The position numbers and the translations under genes were made by a program. DNA of 31,508 nt from positions 1-31,508 of the forward strand of contig JBASRP010000458.1 in the NCBI GenBank assembly GCA_049273905.1, read 5' to 3'. The first letter of the stretch is position 1. Each line of letters opens with the position of its first letter. Below the pieces are notes generated by a model. That model did no database searches and had not been told where the DNA came from. It saw nothing but the letters and a program-made list of their open reading frames with translations. Shown in pieces: positions 27,272 through 31,508 of the stretch. Origin of the DNA: Actinomycetota bacterium (GTDB lineage Bacteria > Actinomycetota > AC-67).

Positions 27272-27300
27272 TTGACGGGCCCGAGGATACGGCGTACCGT
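27272..27300 (+). promoter_or_regulatory. sigma-A-like promoter TTGACG-N17-TACCGT
   Basis: Canonical spacing; GTTGACGGGC repeated at 27248 and 27271. Confidence 0.65.
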
Positions 27301-27372
27301 AGTCCAAGTTAAGGCCCCCGCATCGCCGACAACGACCGGGGGCATGGACGCAGCCTAGAAGGAGGCTCCGCC

Positions 27373-28278
27373 ATGTCGCAGGCTACACCCCGCAGGAAAA
27401 GGAACCGTGTTCGAGGGCTGGCCCCGTGGAAGCCCGACCCGGTGTCGCTAGCCTGGATCGAGGCAATCACCGAGGTGCTGGAGGCCGATGAGGACTACTG
27501 GCCCCTCACCGTCCGCTACGTCTGGTACCGGTTGATCGGCCGGGAGATCAATGGCGTCGTGGTGAAGAAGGATCCCAGCGCGCCCGGGAAGCGGCCCCGC
27601 TCGCTCCAGAAGGTCGAGGAGAAGCTGAATCGTGGTCGCCGGGCAGGACTCTTCCCGTGGGAGGCACTACACGACGGTGGCGTCGTCGAGGCGTCTGCCG
27701 GCGGATTCATCGACCCGTCCCACTTCTGGCACTGGGTCCGGCTGGAGGCGGAGGACTACCACCGTGACCTGTTGGAGAACCAGCCCACCTACGTAGAAAT
27801 CTGGTGCGAAGCAGCGGGGCTGGTACCTCGCGTGGCGCTGGCAGCGAAGGACTACGGCGTGCCGGTGTACTCGGGCGGCGGGCAGAACTCGACGTCGATG
27901 AAGCACGACGGCGCCCAACGAATCGTGAGGGACGGCCGTTCGACGGTCCTCCTGCACATCGGGGACCTCGACAAGTTCGGGGAGCACATCTTCGGCGCCG
28001 TGTTCGCCGACGTCCCGCAATTCGTCGAGGACTACGGACGTCCCCGGCCGGAGGTGATCCGTCTTGCCGTAACCAGGGAGCAGATCGCCCTCTTCCAGCT
28101 GCCGACCGACGAGAAGGGCCAGTTCCAGGCAGAGGCCGTCCCGGCGGCAGTCCTGGACGGTGTGATCCGAGCAGCGCTTGACGACCTGCTCGACGAGAAC
28201 ACCCGGCAGGACGTGCTCGACCGCAGTGCTGCCGAGCGGGAGCAAATAGAGGCCATCGTGCGGCATGCCGGGGGCTGA
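27373..28278 (+). CDS. Topo VI-A/Spo11-like (Mini-A-type) winged-helix + TOPRIM protein
   Basis: PLTVRYVWYRL (candidate catalytic Tyr), QPTYVEIWCEA, SGGG.NS, LLHIGDLDKFG (DxD), RLAVT.EQI..F.LP, QAEA. Confidence 0.75.
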   Translation: MSQATPRRKRNRVRGLAPWKPDPVSLAWIEAITEVLEADEDYWPLTVRYVWYRLIGREINGVVVKKDPSAPGKRPRSLQKVEEKLNRGRRAGLFPWEALHDGGVVEASAGGFIDPSHFWHWVRLEAEDYHRDLLENQPTYVEIWCEAAGLVPRVALAAKDYGVPVYSGGGQNSTSMKHDGAQRIVRDGRSTVLLHIGDLDKFGEHIFGAVFADVPQFVEDYGRPRPEVIRLAVTREQIALFQLPTDEKGQFQAEAVPAAVLDGVIRAALDDLLDENTRQDVLDRSAAEREQIEAIVRHAGG

Positions 28279-28324
28279 GGGGGGGCGCAGGCACGCGCGC
28301 GCAAGCCCTACGGTGGATCCCGTA

Positions 28325-28354
28325 TTGCACCACACGATCACAGCGTGATACGGT
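28325..28354 (+). promoter_or_regulatory. promoter TTGCAC-N18-TACGGT with palindromic operator ATCAC-AGC-GTGAT
   Basis: Palindrome at 28337-28349 lies between the -35 and -10 boxes, upstream of the RHH gene. Confidence 0.55.
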
Positions 28355-28363
28355 GACGCTCCA

Positions 28364-28564
28364 ATGGGTGAGGGGAACATCACGATCCGGGTATCGCTGG
28401 CGACCTACCGCCGGCTGCTCCGGGTCAAGGGTGACATCGAGGCCCGAACGGGCCGACTGGCGTCGTTCGACGACGCGGTGGCCGAACTGCTCGGGGATCC
28501 CCAGTCTGCCCGCGAGGGGGGGGATGGGATTGGACATCAAGCAGAACGCAGCACGGGTTCGTGA
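28364..28564 (+). CDS. ribbon-helix-helix DNA-binding protein
   Basis: ITIRVSLATYRRL...SFDDAVAELL strand-helix-helix pattern. Confidence 0.65.
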   Translation: MGEGNITIRVSLATYRRLLRVKGDIEARTGRLASFDDAVAELLGDPQSAREGGDGIGHQAERSTGS

Positions 28565-29282
28565 ACTGCTCGAGGGGATGGAGTCGATCGACCGGCGCTC
28601 GGCTGAGGCCAAGGACACCATGCTCGGGGAGATCATCCGGCGCACCGTGGAGGGGGCAGCAGTCGTCGGAATTGCACAGTGGGCCCAGATGATCGGGCGC
28701 ACCAAGGGGTACACGTCCAAGTTGATCGACGCGTGGAGCCAGCGCGAGCGGTTCCCCGACATGCGGTGGACCGAACGAGTGGATCTGGTTGGCATCAGCT
28801 CGGCCAAGCTGGAAGCCATCCAGCGGATCCACGCAGAGGAAGGGTGCAGCCTGCGGGTCGCTCGCTACCGATACGAGGCCAGCCAGAAAACGACGGTGAC
28901 CGACGTGCTCGAAGCACTGGCCCGTGACCCGGACCTGGCGGCAAAGGCCGTGAGCAACCCACGCATCCGCCGCGTGCTGGCCCGGGCGGCACGACGGCAG
29001 GAGGAGAGCGACGCCGAGACGACACGCCGGCGTAGGGCTGAGCGGAACCCGCAGCACGCCGCCGTGGCGGACTTCGTTGCGGCAATCCGGGCGGTGGAGA
29101 ACGCAGACAGCGATCTGCGACGGGCTCTCAGAGCCCTGCAGCGGATCCAGGGACAGACAACCCCCGACATGCAGATGCAGATGCTTGACGCCACCAAGGC
29201 GGTCCGCCGGTCGGTGGACGCCATCGACGCGGTGGCACAGGCCGGTGCACTCGACGAGGAGCTGCGCTCCATGCGGCTCTAG
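28524..29282 (+). CDS. hypothetical protein with HTH-like segment, resembling DUF6192/RacO
   Basis: IAQWAQMIGRTKGYTSKL; C-terminal LARDPDLAAKAV...LDEEL helical pattern; family similarity recalled, not searched. Confidence 0.55.
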   Translation: MGLDIKQNAARVRELLEGMESIDRRSAEAKDTMLGEIIRRTVEGAAVVGIAQWAQMIGRTKGYTSKLIDAWSQRERFPDMRWTERVDLVGISSAKLEAIQRIHAEEGCSLRVARYRYEASQKTTVTDVLEALARDPDLAAKAVSNPRIRRVLARAARRQEESDAETTRRRRAERNPQHAAVADFVAAIRAVENADSDLRRALRALQRIQGQTTPDMQMQMLDATKAVRRSVDAIDAVAQAGALDEELRSMRL

Positions 29283-29296
29283 AAAAGGGGATCAGC

Positions 29297-29818
29297 ATGA
29301 GTAAGAAGCAGGACGCACGCGACATGCTTGAGGGGATCGTGCTCAAGCCGGACGGCACGTCCTCGGGCAAGAAGGCGCAGTACCAGGGCATCGCGGACAT
29401 GGTGGGGTGCTCCATCGGCACGGTCTACAACGCCGTGGCCAGTTTCAGAGACGACCTGCCCAACCGGGGCCACACATTGAGCAGCGAGCGTGACCCCCTC
29501 AACAACAACCGGGCCGATCTGTACGTGCCCACCAAGGCGGACGCCCACATCCGCAGCCAGATGCCCCCGACGCGGGAGCTGCACACCCGGGCCAGCCGGA
29601 TCCTGCACGTCGAGCTCGGGGCTGAGCAGCAGTTCCGTTGGCTCGAGCCGGTCGGCCGGGCGGCAGCGCTCGACAAGATCGTGACCGACATCGGTGCGTT
29701 CACCACCCGTTCCGACCGGGTGCACACCGCCATTCAGTCCCGGGAGGTCATGCGCAGCCTCGGTGTCCCGGTGCCGACCGACTCAGAGTTCGCGAAGATC
29801 CTCGCGCAGATCACGTAG
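29297..29818 (+). CDS. winged-helix/HTH protein, possibly RacP-like
   Basis: YQGIADMVGCSIGTVYNAVASFRD HTH; SD AAGGGGA. Confidence 0.65.
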   Translation: MSKKQDARDMLEGIVLKPDGTSSGKKAQYQGIADMVGCSIGTVYNAVASFRDDLPNRGHTLSSERDPLNNNRADLYVPTKADAHIRSQMPPTRELHTRASRILHVELGAEQQFRWLEPVGRAAALDKIVTDIGAFTTRSDRVHTAIQSREVMRSLGVPVPTDSEFAKILAQIT

Positions 29819-29835
29819 GACGACAACGACGCAGC

Positions 29836-29857
29836 GGGGCCCCTTCGGGGGCCTCTT
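29836..29857 (+). terminator. intrinsic terminator
   Basis: GGGGCCCC-TTCG-GGGGCCTC-TT. Confidence 0.65.
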
Positions 29858-29915
29858 GCGTTGGACACCGGACACGATGTACCGTCAGGGTACGCTCACG
29901 AGGAGGCCCGCTCGG

Positions 29916-30149
29916 ATGGATCCCGACACACAGGCTGCGCTCAGATCGGTGGGCTGCATCGTGCAGGACGAGCTCGCCGTTGACGCGGCCAGCACCGGGC
30001 GCAGAGGACCGACGCCGATGATCCACATTCCCCTCGCCGTGGCCCAGTGTGTCCTCGGGCTCTGCTACCTCGTTGACGACCTGACCCCCTCCGAGCGCGC
30101 CTCCCGGCTCGCGTTGCGGATCAAGGTGGCGGAGGCGGAGAAGCGATGA
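29916..30149 (+). CDS. hypothetical protein
   Basis: SD AGGAGG at 29901; stop overlaps the MTase start (ATGA). Confidence 0.6.
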   Translation: MDPDTQAALRSVGCIVQDELAVDAASTGRRGPTPMIHIPLAVAQCVLGLCYLVDDLTPSERASRLALRIKVAEAEKR

Positions 30150-30769
30150 AGTACCGGACCATCGTGGTGGACCCGCCGTGGCCATACAAATCACCGGGTG
30201 ATCATCTGGGCTCATCGCCGGAACACCGACCGAACAGCTACGATTCCCCGATCAAAGGCCCAGGGTCACGAAAGCGGTACGGTGCCATGACCTTGGGCGA
30301 GCTTGAGATGCTGTCCGTACCTGACTTGGTGGAATCTGATGCGCACCTCTATCTCTGGACAACCAACGCGTTCATGGTAGAGGCGCACGCGCTTGCGCGT
30401 GCTTGGGGATTCCGACAAAAGACCATCCTCACTTGGGTCAAGGTGCATCAGGACAATCCTGCCAAGGTGTCGATGAAGACGGGTACATACTTCCGCGGTG
30501 CCACCGAACACGTCCTGTTCTGTGTTCGCGGCTCGCTGCGTCTAGCCGTATCGGAGGCATTACCAACTGCATATCTGTGGCCTCGCCTACCGCATTCAGT
30601 AAAACCAGATGCTTTCCTCGACCTAGTGGAGAGGGCAAGCCCTGGCCCCTACCTGGAGATGTTCGCCCGCCGTAACCGCCTCGGGTGGGATACGTGGGGC
30701 AACGAGTGTCACGAGCATATGAACCTTGTGGTTGACACCGTGTCCGCATCGGAGTATCGTACGTACTAG
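30146..30769 (+). CDS. MT-A70 family N6-adenine methyltransferase
   Basis: IVVDPPW catalytic motif, HLYLWTTN, LTWVK, TEHVLF, HSVKP, YLEMFAR, GWDTWGNE. Confidence 0.92.
   Translation: MKYRTIVVDPPWPYKSPGDHLGSSPEHRPNSYDSPIKGPGSRKRYGAMTLGELEMLSVPDLVESDAHLYLWTTNAFMVEAHALARAWGFRQKTILTWVKVHQDNPAKVSMKTGTYFRGATEHVLFCVRGSLRLAVSEALPTAYLWPRLPHSVKPDAFLDLVERASPGPYLEMFARRNRLGWDTWGNECHEHMNLVVDTVSASEYRTY
30732..30760 (+). promoter_or_regulatory. sigma-A promoter TTGACA-N17-TATCGT with GACAC-C-GTGTC palindrome
   Basis: Inside the MTase 3' end, upstream of the RecT-like gene. Confidence 0.7.
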
Positions 30770-30792
30770 TCCGCTCGACAGGAGACCCGCTC

Positions 30793-31508
30793 ATGACCAA
30801 CGCAGAACTGGTGCCCTTCAAGGGGGCCGTCGCGCTCGAGACCATCCAGCCGCAGACCATGACCGAGTTCATGGAGTTCGGCAAGATGCTGGCTGCCTCA
30901 GGCTGGTTCAAGGATCTCAAGGACGCCGGCCAGGCCGTCATCAAGATGGCCCTCGGCGTCGAGATGGGCCTCTCTCCGATCACCGCGGTCCGGTCCATCT
31001 GGGTCATCGAGACCAGCCGGGGCCCGGTCATCCAGATCAGCGGCGAGGCGTGGGCGAAGCTGCTCGCGGCACACGGCTACATCATGCGGCTCGTCCAGAA
31101 CGACGAGAAGGCGTGCGAGATCGAACTGACCGACAACCGGGGTAAGGTGCGGGGCTCGGTGCGGTACACGATCGACGACGCCAAACGCCAGCGCCTCGCG
31201 GACAAGCCGGGCCCGTGGAAGGAGGACCCGCCATCGATGCTGTGGGCCCGTTGCATTTCCCGGGTGGGCAAGCGGTTGGCTCCTGAGGTCACCGGAGGGG
31301 TGTCCATGCCCGTCGCCACCAGCGAGGAAATCGGGGACGAGCAGATCAGCTCCGACACTCGCCGGCGCCTGTTCGCCGTGACCCCGAAGAACTGGACCCG
31401 CGACGAGCGGCTGGCGCTGGTGAGCGACATCCTGGGCAGGGACATCGGCAGCTACAACGACCTCACCGACGCCGAGGGGCGCTACGTGGCCGATGTGCTC
31501 GAGGCTCG
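30793..31508 (+). CDS. RecT/Red-beta-like single-strand annealing protein, truncated by window end
   Basis: Read manually (absent from ORF track): MTNAELVPF...LAASGWF...GVEMGLSPITAVRSIWVI...YTIDDAKRQRL...PWKEDPPSMLWARCISR...APEVTGG; SD CAGGAG. Confidence 0.85.
   Translation, partial: MTNAELVPFKGAVALETIQPQTMTEFMEFGKMLAASGWFKDLKDAGQAVIKMALGVEMGLSPITAVRSIWVIETSRGPVIQISGEAWAKLLAAHGYIMRLVQNDEKACEIELTDNRGKVRGSVRYTIDDAKRQRLADKPGPWKEDPPSMLWARCISRVGKRLAPEVTGGVSMPVATSEEIGDEQISSDTRRRLFAVTPKNWTRDERLALVSDILGRDIGSYNDLTDAEGRYVADVLEA

Noticed and set aside
28353..28523. Extended GTG start for the 28524-29282 gene
   Set aside because: It overlaps the -10 box and the RHH gene, and the extension looks non-protein-like

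Overview
The window is a large part of a high-GC tailed-phage genome; no host housekeeping genes, integrase, rRNA, tRNA or CRISPR array are visible. An actinobacterial host is inferred from the GC content, an Rpf-like protein and many leaderless genes. Left arm (1-5784): an M15-type endolysin, small Zn-finger proteins, a GIY-YIG nuclease, a multi-TM protein, and a DnaB-N/DUF3987-type helicase with an iteron-flanked AT-rich putative origin next to it. Centre (5955-25734, + strand): a podovirus-like virion operon with an HTH-fused large terminase, portal, a block of putative ejection proteins, scaffold, N4-gp56/DUF4043-like major capsid, decoration and small basic proteins, adaptor, a free-standing HNH endonuclease, nozzle-like and fibre-like proteins. 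No tape measure or sheath is evident. Right arm (25698-31508): a secreted Rpf-like transglycosylase, a membrane protein behind a sigma-28-like promoter, a Topo VI-A/Mini-A-like protein, an RHH protein plus a DUF6192/RacO-RacP-like pair, an MT-A70 methyltransferase and a RecT-like annealing protein (truncated). The most notable signals are the P4-like replicon with a DnaB N-domain in place of a primase, a dispersed operator/start-associated motif set, and the Rpf/sigma-28 divergon. All family calls come from motif recognition by eye, not database searches.
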